In this document: in pieces, positions 27,289 to 35,411 of the stretch
How positions within the stretch are numbered: position 1 is the stretch's first letter
How the letters are laid out: the number at the start of each line of letters is the position of its first letter
Source: a virus
IMG/VR virus record: IMGVR_UViG_3300045988_086160
Strand: one strand, 5' to 3'
Length of the DNA stretch: 41,991 bases
The notes under the pieces: model-generated
Databases searched by the model: none
The model's input: the letters and a program-made list of their open reading frames with translations, nothing else
What the model was told of the DNA's origin: nothing
Program-made: the position numbers and the translations under genes

Positions 27289-27735
27289 ATGAAAAAGATT
27301 TACATCGAAAAAATCCGACAGGCAACCCGCTTTGGGCTGATTGATGAAGACGGACGCAAAACCCCTTGCGGGACATTGTGGTCAGACGCGCAGCGGGAGA
27401 CGTTTGAACGTCTGATGAACGGCGGGAACAACCTCGCCTTTATGGCGTGGGGCGGTGATGACGTAAAGAAATCCGCCTTATGGGCGAAGTGGACGGACGC
27501 TCGGGGGCAAGAGAAACTTTGTAAGCTTGGGACATTCGTGCAGAATGCGCCGATAAAAGAATTTGTGGAAACCGCAACCGAGGAAGCAAAAAGCAACCGA
27601 CACTGCGGAACATGCTCGCATTTTGAGTGTGTAAACCGCAAAGGGCAAATCAGCAGGCAGGGAATGGGCGTATGCACGCTCATAAACAGGGATAGGTACT
27701 GCCTTTTTAAATGCGGAGATTGGAGTATGAGATGA
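27289..27735 (+). CDS. Hypothetical protein with a C-terminal Cys cluster
   Basis: 148 aa with CGTCSHFEC...C...C. Its stop overlaps the next ATG (ATGA). Confidence 0.55.
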   Translation: MKKIYIEKIRQATRFGLIDEDGRKTPCGTLWSDAQRETFERLMNGGNNLAFMAWGGDDVKKSALWAKWTDARGQEKLCKLGTFVQNAPIKEFVETATEEAKSNRHCGTCSHFECVNRKGQISRQGMGVCTLINRDRYCLFKCGDWSMR

Positions 27736-28592
27736 ACGAACTGAAAGCAAAGGAAGCGCAGGCAATAAAAGTGCTGCGCACATTTGAACCCGAAGAAGGA
27801 TACGTTCTCGCCTACAGCGGCGGCAAGGACAGCGACTGCATAAAAATTCTTGCGCAGCTTGCAGGGGTTAAAATCGAGGCGGTGCATAATCTGACAACGG
27901 CAGACGCACCTGAGACTATGCAGTATATAAAGGCGCAACCCGATGTTCGCATCAGTTGGGCGAGGGACAAAAACGGAAACCACGTCACCATGTGGAATCT
28001 AATCGAGACCCACGGACTTCCGACACGAATCCACCGCTTTTGCTGCAACAAGTTGAAAGAGCAAGCGAATCAAGGACGCTTGCTCATAACAGGCGTACGC
28101 AAAGCTGAATCAGTTAATCGAAAACGGGACGGCGGACTTGTGAAAATAATGGGAAAGCCGAAAACGACGGAGAAGCTTGCCCAAGAGATGGGCGTTGAGT
28201 ACATCAAGCCCAGAGAAAATGGGCTTATCCTCAACGATGACAATGATGAATCCCGCCGCATGGTGGAGCAGTGCTATCGCACACGCAAAACCTTAGTTAA
28301 CCCGATTTTGGACTGGACGGACGAGGACGTGTGGGAATTTTTACGCCATTACGGTTGCGAGGGCAACCCGCTGTACAAATGCGGATACAGCCGTGTGGGC
28401 TGTATCGGCTGCCCGATGAAGGGCGGCAAAAAAAGGAAGGAAGAACTTGAGCAGCATCCGAAATATGCGCAAATGTACTTCCGCGCAACGGACAGGATGC
28501 TTAAACGCCGCATGGACGATGGAAAGGAACTTCCGCTTGCGTGGGGTGACGGCAAGCCCGAAACCGTGATGAAATGGTGGCTGGAAAATTGA
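27732..28592 (+). CDS. PAPS-reductase-family PP-loop protein
   Basis: PP-loop YSGGKDSD. C-terminal Cys motif CGYSRVGCIGCP. Start taken at ATG 27732, preceded by GGAG. Confidence 0.75.
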   Translation: MNELKAKEAQAIKVLRTFEPEEGYVLAYSGGKDSDCIKILAQLAGVKIEAVHNLTTADAPETMQYIKAQPDVRISWARDKNGNHVTMWNLIETHGLPTRIHRFCCNKLKEQANQGRLLITGVRKAESVNRKRDGGLVKIMGKPKTTEKLAQEMGVEYIKPRENGLILNDDNDESRRMVEQCYRTRKTLVNPILDWTDEDVWEFLRHYGCEGNPLYKCGYSRVGCIGCPMKGGKKRKEELEQHPKYAQMYFRATDRMLKRRMDDGKELPLAWGDGKPETVMKWWLEN

Positions 28593-28601
28593 GGTGGAAA
28601 C

Positions 28602-29219
28602 ATGAAAATAGTCAACGCAAGCTACAGAATCGAAACGCCGATTGACGGCGCAGAGATACTAAAGCGTATCGAAAAAGCAGGACGTACCTGCTATAAGTCG
28701 GAAGACCGCATAACGGCAGAATCGGCGGAGGCGTTTGTCCGAATGCTGATTGAGCGCGGGCATGAAAGCGTACTTGAGCATGCAAGCATCACCGTACGAT
28801 TTATCTGTGACCGTGGCGTTTCGCATGAGATTGTACGCCACCGCATAGCAAGCTACTCACAGGAGAGCCAACGATATGTACGCTATAACGGCGACATTGA
28901 GTTTATCAACTCTCATATGCCCAATGCAAAAGCGTACGAAGCGTGGCAAGAGTTATGCGAACGTGCCGAGGAAACGTATAAGGAACTGCTGTCGTACGGT
29001 GTGCAGCCGCAACAAGCCCGAGCCGTGTTGCCGAACAGCACGAAAACCGAAATTGTTATGACGGCGAACCTCCGTGAATGGCGGCATTTTTTGAAGCTGC
29101 GGACGGCGAAAGCGGCGCACCCGCAAATGCGTGAGCTGACAGTGCCGCTGCTGCACGAACTGCAACGGCGGATACCTGTCGTTTTTGACGATATGGTTAA
29201 TGCGGAGGAAGGAGTGTAA
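28602..29219 (+). CDS. thyX: Flavin-dependent thymidylate synthase ThyX
   Basis: ThyX signature RHRIASYSQESQRY (RHR..S....S.R). 205 aa. Confidence 0.9.
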   Translation: MKIVNASYRIETPIDGAEILKRIEKAGRTCYKSEDRITAESAEAFVRMLIERGHESVLEHASITVRFICDRGVSHEIVRHRIASYSQESQRYVRYNGDIEFINSHMPNAKAYEAWQELCERAEETYKELLSYGVQPQQARAVLPNSTKTEIVMTANLREWRHFLKLRTAKAAHPQMRELTVPLLHELQRRIPVVFDDMVNAEEGV

Positions 29220-29221
29220 CC

Positions 29222-29917
29222 ATGGGCAAGGTGCTGATAGCATGCGAAGAAAGCCAAGCCGTATGCAAGGCGTTTCGTGAGCGCGGGCATGAAGCGTACA
29301 GCTGCGACATACAAGTGCCTTCCGGCGGACACCCCGAATGGCACATACACGGAGACGCAATTGCGGCATTGCAGGGCGGCAAAATCGTGACCATGGACGG
29401 AGTGACGCACGATATAGGCAAGTGGGATTTGCTGATTGCACACCCGCCTTGCACATATCTGTCCAACGTTGCAACAAGGGCGTTCAGCTTGAGATGCACC
29501 CCCCCCGAAAAGGTCGTTGAGAGATGGCAGGCAAGGGCGCAAGCAGCAGTGTTTTTCATGTATTTCGCTTTAGCCGACATTCCGAAAATTGCCGTTGAGA
29601 ACCCTGTCGGGTTTATGAACTCGGCGTATCGCAAGCCGGACATGGTGATTCACCCGTATCAGTTTGCAACCGGCACGGACGATGCCGAAAACTATCACAA
29701 AAAACGGACTTGCTTATGGACAAAGGGATTGCCGGAACTGATACCGACAACAGACCTCCCCGAACCAAACCTCGCCGAAATATACGGCAGATACCCGAGC
29801 GGGAAAACCCCCTGTTGGGAGGACACTGTAAAAGGCAAGGACAGGGCAAAGCTCCGCTCAAAGACATTCCCGGGCATCGCCACCGCAATGGCGGAGCAAT
29901 GGGGCAGTTTGATTTGA
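29222..29917 (+). CDS. C5-cytosine-methyltransferase-like protein lacking a recognisable SAM motif I
   Basis: HPPCTYLS (motif IV-like) and AVENPVG (motif VI-like) are present. The N-terminus VLIACEESQAV sits where F.G.G is expected. Confidence 0.4.
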   Translation: MGKVLIACEESQAVCKAFRERGHEAYSCDIQVPSGGHPEWHIHGDAIAALQGGKIVTMDGVTHDIGKWDLLIAHPPCTYLSNVATRAFSLRCTPPEKVVERWQARAQAAVFFMYFALADIPKIAVENPVGFMNSAYRKPDMVIHPYQFATGTDDAENYHKKRTCLWTKGLPELIPTTDLPEPNLAEIYGRYPSGKTPCWEDTVKGKDRAKLRSKTFPGIATAMAEQWGSLI

Positions 29918-29959
29918 CGATATTCAGGTGTAAGCGGAGAATATATTTTCGAAAAATGC

Positions 29960-29988
29960 TTGACGCGTTAGTCTCCGGAGGTTATAAT
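29960..29988 (+). promoter_or_regulatory. Sigma-A type promoter, TTGACG-17-TATAAT
   Basis: -35 at 29960-29965 and -10 at 29983-29988. It lies inside the track ORF 29710-30312, so the real start is 30037. Confidence 0.7.
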
Positions 29989-30036
29989 AGGGCTCATCAA
30001 GCGAAGGATACGCTAAAAACCGAAGGAGACTATCGA

Positions 30037-30312
30037 ATGAAAAAGAAAACGCACAGAATCGCGTACAGAATCGAAGGCACATGCGGAGCAAAGGTCGTAG
30101 TAAACGGCAAGGAATATGAACTTGTCGAAGACATCCACGGTGAGCAATGGGCGGGAATGGAAGACATTTACTCGACAGAAGCATACGCACAGACAACCAC
30201 AGGCGAAGAAGTATGGTGGATGTTTGACGACGGAGAGGCTCTTGACCAGTGGGCGGAAAAAGAGGACTGGAACGCCAACATCAACGGTGTGATTGAACTT
30301 GATGAGGATTAA
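30037..30312 (+). CDS. Hypothetical acidic protein
   Basis: 91 aa from ATG 30037, downstream of the promoter. Confidence 0.55.
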   Translation: MKKKTHRIAYRIEGTCGAKVVVNGKEYELVEDIHGEQWAGMEDIYSTEAYAQTTTGEEVWWMFDDGEALDQWAEKEDWNANINGVIELDED

Positions 30313-30323
30313 GGAGGAATGAC

Positions 30324-30464
30324 ATGAGCAACGGAAACATGAGTACAGGGGTAAAAATCATCCTCGGATTGATAATGTTTGCTATCGGAGCGGTGCTAAT
30401 ACTCAGCGCAACGACAGGTACGTCATGTGTGCCTGCATGTGCGGTAAGGGTAACATTGCAGTAA
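30324..30464 (+). CDS. Small membrane protein (46 aa, not in the ORF track)
   Basis: Hand-translated as MSNGNMSTGVKIILGLIMFAIGAVLILSATTGTSCVPACAVRVTLQ. AAGGAGG RBS. Confidence 0.5.
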   Translation: MSNGNMSTGVKIILGLIMFAIGAVLILSATTGTSCVPACAVRVTLQ

Positions 30465-30547
30465 CACAGACTAACACAAACAAAAGAGTGCCGTAAAATG
30501 CTTGCGGCACTCAATTTCGATTTATAGAACAAGGAGCAACATAACAA

Positions 30548-31297
30548 ATGCACTATCAAGGCGGCAAATACAGATTCATCAAACATATAACGCCGATAAT
30601 ACAGACGGAGATAGACAAACACCAGGCACGGCATTTTATATCGCCGTTTTGCGGAGCGTACAACATCGAGAGCGCAATCGTGCATACGGACAAACTCTGT
30701 AACGATAAGAATGCTTATACTATTCGAATGTGGCAAGAATTGCAGAACGGCAGGGAATTTCCGTCAACCGTCACGGAAGAGCAGTACAAGCATGTGCGTG
30801 ACCACAAAGACGAAGACCCCGCATTGACAGGATTCATCGGAGCGGGCTGTTCATATGCGGGAAAATGGTTTCACGGCTACGCAAGAGACAGGCGAGGGGC
30901 GAACTATGCGGACGCTGCAAAACGGGGCAATGAACGCATGATGAATGCAGGGCTGAAACACGCAGTATTTACGGCAGGGGACTACAAGGACGTTGAGATA
31001 CCGCCTGACACGGTAATGTATTGCGACCCTCCGTATGCAAACACGCGCGGATATGACGGCGCAAAGGGATTCGACTCCGCCGAATTTTGGGCATACATGG
31101 ACGAGCTTCTTGACAACACACCGAATTTGTCAATTTTCGTATCCGAAAAGACAGCACCAGCGGGATGGCGGGAAGTGTGGCAAAAAGAGTGTTTGCAGGA
31201 AGTCAACAAGAACCCAAAGAATACAGGCAGACGCAGGATAGAGCGACTGTTTTACAAGAGCAACAGAGAGGAACAAGATGGATACATCAAGGCTTGA
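30548..31297 (+). CDS. dam: D12-class N6-adenine DNA methyltransferase (Dam-like)
   Basis: N-terminal YQGGKYRFIKHI and catalytic YCDPPYANT (DPPY). Confidence 0.85.
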   Translation: MHYQGGKYRFIKHITPIIQTEIDKHQARHFISPFCGAYNIESAIVHTDKLCNDKNAYTIRMWQELQNGREFPSTVTEEQYKHVRDHKDEDPALTGFIGAGCSYAGKWFHGYARDRRGANYADAAKRGNERMMNAGLKHAVFTAGDYKDVEIPPDTVMYCDPPYANTRGYDGAKGFDSAEFWAYMDELLDNTPNLSIFVSEKTAPAGWREVWQKECLQEVNKNPKNTGRRRIERLFYKSNREEQDGYIKA

Positions 31298-32699
31298 AAT
31301 AATACGGCAGTGCAACCCTGCACAAAACCCCGATAAGACCCGCTACACATGGGATGAACGTGGCATGGGGCTGTTGTTTGCGGAGGCATACAGGGACGTA
31401 CTGCGGTATTGCCCGGAACGCAAAACATGGTATGCCTATGCGGACGGACGATGGCAGCCCGATTCAGGCGCATTATTGTGTGCAGAGCAGATAAAGGCAT
31501 TCAGCCGCTTAATGACGCTGTATTGCGCCGAGATAGAGGATGACAGCCTAAGACAGGCTTATACATCGTTCGTTGCGAAAATGGGCGACAGGCGGTTTAG
31601 AGACCGCATAGCAAAGGATGCCGCCAGCGTATTTCCAATATCGGCACGGCAGTTCGACAGTAAGCCCGAATTGATTAATTGCAAAAACGGCACATATGAC
31701 TTGCAGGCAATGCGCTTCCGCAAGCATGATTGGCGGGACTTTCTGACGATGCAAACAAATTTTAGGTACACGCAGACCCCGCCGCAATGCGGCAGATGGG
31801 AACGCTTTATCGCCGAAATCACGGAAGGGGACACGGATAAAGCAGAATACCTCCAGAAAGCCGCAGGATACGCTGTAACAGGCTTTAACCGTGAAGAGTG
31901 TATGTTTATACTCTGGGGCAAAAGCACGCGTAACGGCAAATCTACGCTGTTAAACGCTATACAGTACGCACTGGGCGATTATGGCACGGTAGCACCTGTC
32001 AGTGTGATATGCACACACGGCACGAGCAGGAATGCAGATTCGGCAACTCCGACCCTTGCAAGGCTTGCGGGCAAACGCTTCGTCACAATGGCGGAATCCA
32101 ACCAGTACGGCAGGCTTGATGAAGAAACGGTAAAGCAAATCACAGGCGGTGAGGAAATATCAGCAAGGAATCTTTATGAAAGCCCGATAACGTATCTCCC
32201 GCAGTTTACATTGTGGCTGTCATGCAACGACCTTCCCGAGGTCAGGGATAAATCCGTATTTGCAAGCGACCGTATCCGCTTAATCGAGCTTAACAGGCAT
32301 TTCAGCGAAGCCGAACGTGATGAAACCTTAAAGGACTACTTCCGACAGGAAGACGCAATGCAGGGCATTTTTAAGTGGCTGACGGACGGATACGCAATGT
32401 ACCGACAGCAGGGACTAAAACTCCCAGACAGCATGAAACAAAGTCTGCGCAAGTATGAAAGCTCAAACGATGTTGTTGCACAGTATATAATCTCAAACTG
32501 TTCGGAAATCCCGAACGGTTCAACCTTTATAACCGACTTATATATACGATATAAATCTTTCTGTAAAGAAAACGGATATTATATCATGAATGCACGGAAA
32601 TTTGCAGAAAATATACAAGAAAAATATGAAGTCAGGAAAGACGAAAACGGATATAATCGTGCAGTCGGATTGATTCTAAATCAAAAGGATAAACAGTAA
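31278..32699 (+). CDS. P4/D5-family primase-helicase (NTPase)
   Basis: ...ERFIAEITEGDTDKAEYLQKAAGYAVTG...FILWGKSTRNGKSTLLNAI... matches the D5_N / P4 primase C-terminal layout with Walker A. Confidence 0.85.
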   Translation: MDTSRLEIIRQCNPAQNPDKTRYTWDERGMGLLFAEAYRDVLRYCPERKTWYAYADGRWQPDSGALLCAEQIKAFSRLMTLYCAEIEDDSLRQAYTSFVAKMGDRRFRDRIAKDAASVFPISARQFDSKPELINCKNGTYDLQAMRFRKHDWRDFLTMQTNFRYTQTPPQCGRWERFIAEITEGDTDKAEYLQKAAGYAVTGFNREECMFILWGKSTRNGKSTLLNAIQYALGDYGTVAPVSVICTHGTSRNADSATPTLARLAGKRFVTMAESNQYGRLDEETVKQITGGEEISARNLYESPITYLPQFTLWLSCNDLPEVRDKSVFASDRIRLIELNRHFSEAERDETLKDYFRQEDAMQGIFKWLTDGYAMYRQQGLKLPDSMKQSLRKYESSNDVVAQYIISNCSEIPNGSTFITDLYIRYKSFCKENGYYIMNARKFAENIQEKYEVRKDENGYNRAVGLILNQKDKQ

Positions 32700-32714
32700 A
32701 GGAGAAAAAACAAA

Positions 32715-32939
32715 ATGACAATCAGGGAAGTATTTGAAAGCATTGAAAGAATGAACGGAGAAAACAAATCGCAGATAGCGAAACGGATAGGAATTAAACG
32801 TCAATATTATACCTATGCCGTGAACGAAAAATCATGCTCATGCCTAAAGGGGGAAACTCTCTCCCGATGGCTAAAGGCTTTAGGTTATCAGTTGGTAATC
32901 GAAAAGGAAGACGGTTCGGAAAGTTTCGTAATCGACTGA
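32715..32939 (+). CDS. Small HTH DNA-binding protein
   Basis: 74 aa. KSQIAKRIGIKRQYYTYAV is XRE-like. Last gene before the late promoter region. Confidence 0.55.
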   Translation: MTIREVFESIERMNGENKSQIAKRIGIKRQYYTYAVNEKSCSCLKGETLSRWLKALGYQLVIEKEDGSESFVID

Positions 32940-33002
32940 TGTTGCTCAAAGGGGAATTGTCAAGTGATTTACCGTAAAATGGGGTAAAATGCGGTATTTC
33001 GC

Positions 33003-33031
33003 TTGACAGTGTGTATCTCTTTTATTATATA
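33003..33031 (+). promoter_or_regulatory. Possible promoter, TTGACA-17-TATATA
   Basis: -35 at 33003-33008 and -10 at 33026-33031. Confidence 0.4.
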
Positions 33032-33106
33032 GTACTCTCCTATAGGAAGGTTATACAGGGTGTCAAGTAAATACTTGTCAAAACAGGGTGTTTTTAGGAA
33101 AAACGC

Positions 33107-33137
33107 TTGACAAAACACGCGGAAATTGTGGTATAAT
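33107..33137 (+). promoter_or_regulatory. Late (packaging) operon promoter, TTGACA-19-TGgTATAAT
   Basis: -35 at 33107-33112 and an extended -10 TGgTATAAT ending at 33137. The spacer is long (19 nt). Confidence 0.55.
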
Positions 33138-33176
33138 AGAGTAAATAATATATCATCAGTAACGGAGAAAGGGAAA

Positions 33177-33722
33177 ATGGAAGAAAAAAAGACAGCAACG
33201 AAGAACAGCAGCAGGAAGCAGTCAACAGCGGTATCAAAACCGAAGAACACGAAGGTTGCGACTCCGCAAAACGATGAATCAAGGGCAATGGTATCTCAGC
33301 TATTGTCCGAGGTTGCTGTTGCGGCACGGATGCCCAAGGTACGCAACGATGAAGAACTCGCTCTTAGGTTCGAACAGTATTTCGACTATTGCTCCGCTAA
33401 CGGTATCGTTCCCACCATCGAGGAAATGTACCTCTACACAGGCTACTCAATAGGCAGTGTAACCAATTGGCTTGAAGGTAAACATGGATTCAGTCAACAT
33501 ACAGCGTCTATTGTAAGAAGAGCAAGGGACTTTGTACAAGCTTCTGATGCTAAACTTGCAATTAGCGGTAAAATTGATAAAATACTGTACATATTCAGGG
33601 GGAAGAATTTTTATTCAATGACCGATTCTGTCAAAATTGTGGCAGAAATGCAACAAACTGAGGGCAAAAGTGTCAAAGAATTGCAAGAAATATACGCAAA
33701 GTCAATACCAATTGAGGAATAA
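33177..33722 (+). CDS. terS: Terminase small subunit
   Basis: 181 aa from ATG 33177 (the track start 33126 lies inside the promoter). ...YFDYCSANGIVPTIEEMYLYTGYSIGSVTNWLEG...ILYIFRGKNFYSMTD pattern is typical of small terminases. Confidence 0.7.
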   Translation: MEEKKTATKNSSRKQSTAVSKPKNTKVATPQNDESRAMVSQLLSEVAVAARMPKVRNDEELALRFEQYFDYCSANGIVPTIEEMYLYTGYSIGSVTNWLEGKHGFSQHTASIVRRARDFVQASDAKLAISGKIDKILYIFRGKNFYSMTDSVKIVAEMQQTEGKSVKELQEIYAKSIPIEE

Positions 33723-33753
33723 CGGGGCTACTTTAGGTCAATTTCGCACAAAA

Positions 33754-33769
33754 TGTTTCACGTGAAACA
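33754..33769. promoter_or_regulatory. parS site, perfect palindrome TGTTTCACGTGAAACA
   Basis: Exact fit to the conserved ParB/Spo0J site TGTTNCACGTGAAACA, in non-coding DNA. Confidence 0.75.
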
Positions 33770-33866
33770 CCATGGCGGGGACTATTGTGCTGTTTTGTAT
33801 ATTATAATGTGGCAAACTTGTGACAAAATGTGTCAGCGACTCTCTGGCGCAAATTCATATAAAAAA

Positions 33867-33882
33867 TGTTTCCCGTGAAACA
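33867..33882. promoter_or_regulatory. parS-like site TGTTTCCCGTGAAACA (15/16)
   Basis: One mismatch to the first site. Embedded in the same ~29-bp repeat. Confidence 0.65.
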
Positions 33883-34200
33883 TCATGGCGGAATCACTGT
33901 TTACAGTATAGCATACTACCGAATGTTTGCCAAGAGTTACCGAATATCAAAATTTAATGTTGTAGTAACAATGCAAGGCGAACATAAAAACGCGCTTGCG
34001 TTATAGCCTTAAACGCACATAACAGGCAACGCAACAGCGGAACAATGAACATGTACAGGTGTACAGCCGAATAATCAGCGGCAATATAGGCAATGCAAGC
34101 GGCACGAATGCAGTATTGCTATAGCCTTCAATCGGGACGGAAGCGGATTATTCCGCCATGATATTATACAGAAAAAGCATAGTATAATACAGCGGAGCAT

Positions 34201-34232
34201 AAAAAGCCCGCCGGAACATTGCATTCCGACGG
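34201..34232 (-). terminator. Intrinsic terminator of the minus-strand operon
   Basis: On the minus strand, CCGTCGGAA-tgcaatg-TTCCGGCGG (one mismatch) is followed by GCTTTTT. Lies 19 nt after the last stop codon. Confidence 0.6.
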
Positions 34233-34250
34233 TTAAAACGTGTAGCGGGT

Positions 34251-34667
34251 TTACCTTCCGCTGTCGTTCTCCGCTTGTCGCTGAAGTACCCGCAGCGTTT
34301 TAAGCAGGCGGTCACGGTTCAGCCGCTTGCTGTCAATTATTTCATCAATCAAATCTTGCAAGTCGTTCGCAATGCAAAACAGACTATCGGACAACGGCTC
34401 AACCTCCATTTCGAACGCTTCTTTTTCCTCGTAAATCAAATCAATCGTTTGCATAAGTCTTTTTGCCCAAAAAGCAAAGAACGCCGCTAAAGTTTCGTTG
34501 TTTGATTCTTTGAGGGCTTCCGAAACAAGCCCCGAGACTGAAACGCCTTTTTCTGCAAGTGCCTTCACGACGGAAGGGCAGCCGAAATAGTACGTTGACA
34601 GTTTGTCTTTGCAATGCAAGCCTTTTTCCCGTTTTTCGTATTTGCCGCAAAATTCTGCATATGTCAT
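34251..34667 (-). CDS. Hypothetical protein (island gene 4)
   Basis: 138 aa. Its GGAGG RBS lies inside the end of the upstream gene. Helical, with an acidic centre. No family recognised. Confidence 0.65.
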   Translation of the reverse strand: MTYAEFCGKYEKREKGLHCKDKLSTYYFGCPSVVKALAEKGVSVSGLVSEALKESNNETLAAFFAFWAKRLMQTIDLIYEEKEAFEMEVEPLSDSLFCIANDLQDLIDEIIDSKRLNRDRLLKTLRVLQRQAENDSGR

Positions 34668-34670
34668 TTT

Positions 34671-35063
34671 TTAATCCTCCCTGCTATCGGTGAACACGGG
34701 CTGCACAACGGCTTGCGTTCTGTCGGTGTTTAATGCATATATCACAAGCCGCCGCCGTCTTTCGGCGGCATCGCAGTTCCGGAGTTCGATTCTGACCGTC
34801 CCGCTAAAAAGTGGAAGCAACGCCTTAAGGGTTTCAACGTCAATATCGATGGTCTCAATTGCGCCTCCGCACGGCATGTATGAGTAAACATCCGATGCCG
34901 TGCATACTGAGTTTTCGTCTTCCGGCACATACGCAACGCCGAAACGACTGTACAGCGTTAACCCGTTGCTGTCGGCATACAAGCTTCCGCTGTCGTTTCC
35001 GTCAACCTTGTTTAATTGCTTGCGTATTTTTTGCATTTTTTCGAAAGTCTTCCCATTAATCAT
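34671..35063 (-). CDS. Hypothetical protein (island gene 3)
   Basis: 130 aa from ATG 35063, preceded by GGAGAAGGAG. The track start at 35108 is upstream of the RBS. Confidence 0.6.
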   Translation of the reverse strand: MINGKTFEKMQKIRKQLNKVDGNDSGSLYADSNGLTLYSRFGVAYVPEDENSVCTASDVYSYMPCGGAIETIDIDVETLKALLPLFSGTVRIELRNCDAAERRRRLVIYALNTDRTQAVVQPVFTDSRED

Positions 35064-35168
35064 TTTTTTCTCCTTCTCCCCCGTATAGCCAGATAGGACA
35101 GCTTGCAATTTATTTTTTAATCAACAGCGGCAATGCCGCAAGTACCAGCAGGAAAAGCACGAAAGTCA

Positions 35169-35393
35169 TTAATACCACCTCAGCCTTTTCAAAACGCCGT
35201 AGTACGCGCGGATTCCGTACACGTTGTTATAGCACCCGAGCTTTTTATCGAAGACGTACGGAAAAACTTGCTTTTGCTCCGTGCCGCTGTCATTTTGCCA
35301 GACTCCGTTGCATATCCTGCCGTCTTCAACTCGGAAGCTCAGATTCTCGTTTTTTTTGTGCCAGCCGTCGATGTATGTTGTTCTTTTACTCAT
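35169..35393 (-). CDS. Hypothetical small protein (island gene 2)
   Basis: 74 aa with an AAGGAGG RBS. Rich in Trp, Tyr and Gly. Confidence 0.55.
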   Translation of the reverse strand: MSKRTTYIDGWHKKNENLSFRVEDGRICNGVWQNDSGTEQKQVFPYVFDKKLGCYNNVYGIRAYYGVLKRLRWY

Positions 35394-35411
35394 TGTCTTC
35401 TTCCTCCTTCG

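Noticed and set aside
29710-30312. Upstream-extended ORF-track starts (29710, 18730, 33126, 37029, 21429, 22800, 24249, 27711, 35108)
   Set aside because: The extensions run through promoters or upstream genes and lack an RBS. Internal ATGs preceded by GGAGG were chosen instead.
33753-33878. Mini-ORFs starting MFHVKHHGG / MFPVKHHGG at the two repeats
   Set aside because: The peptide start is simply the translation of the parS palindrome (ATGTTTCACGTGAAACA). There is no RBS, and the sequences downstream of the repeat are unrelated.
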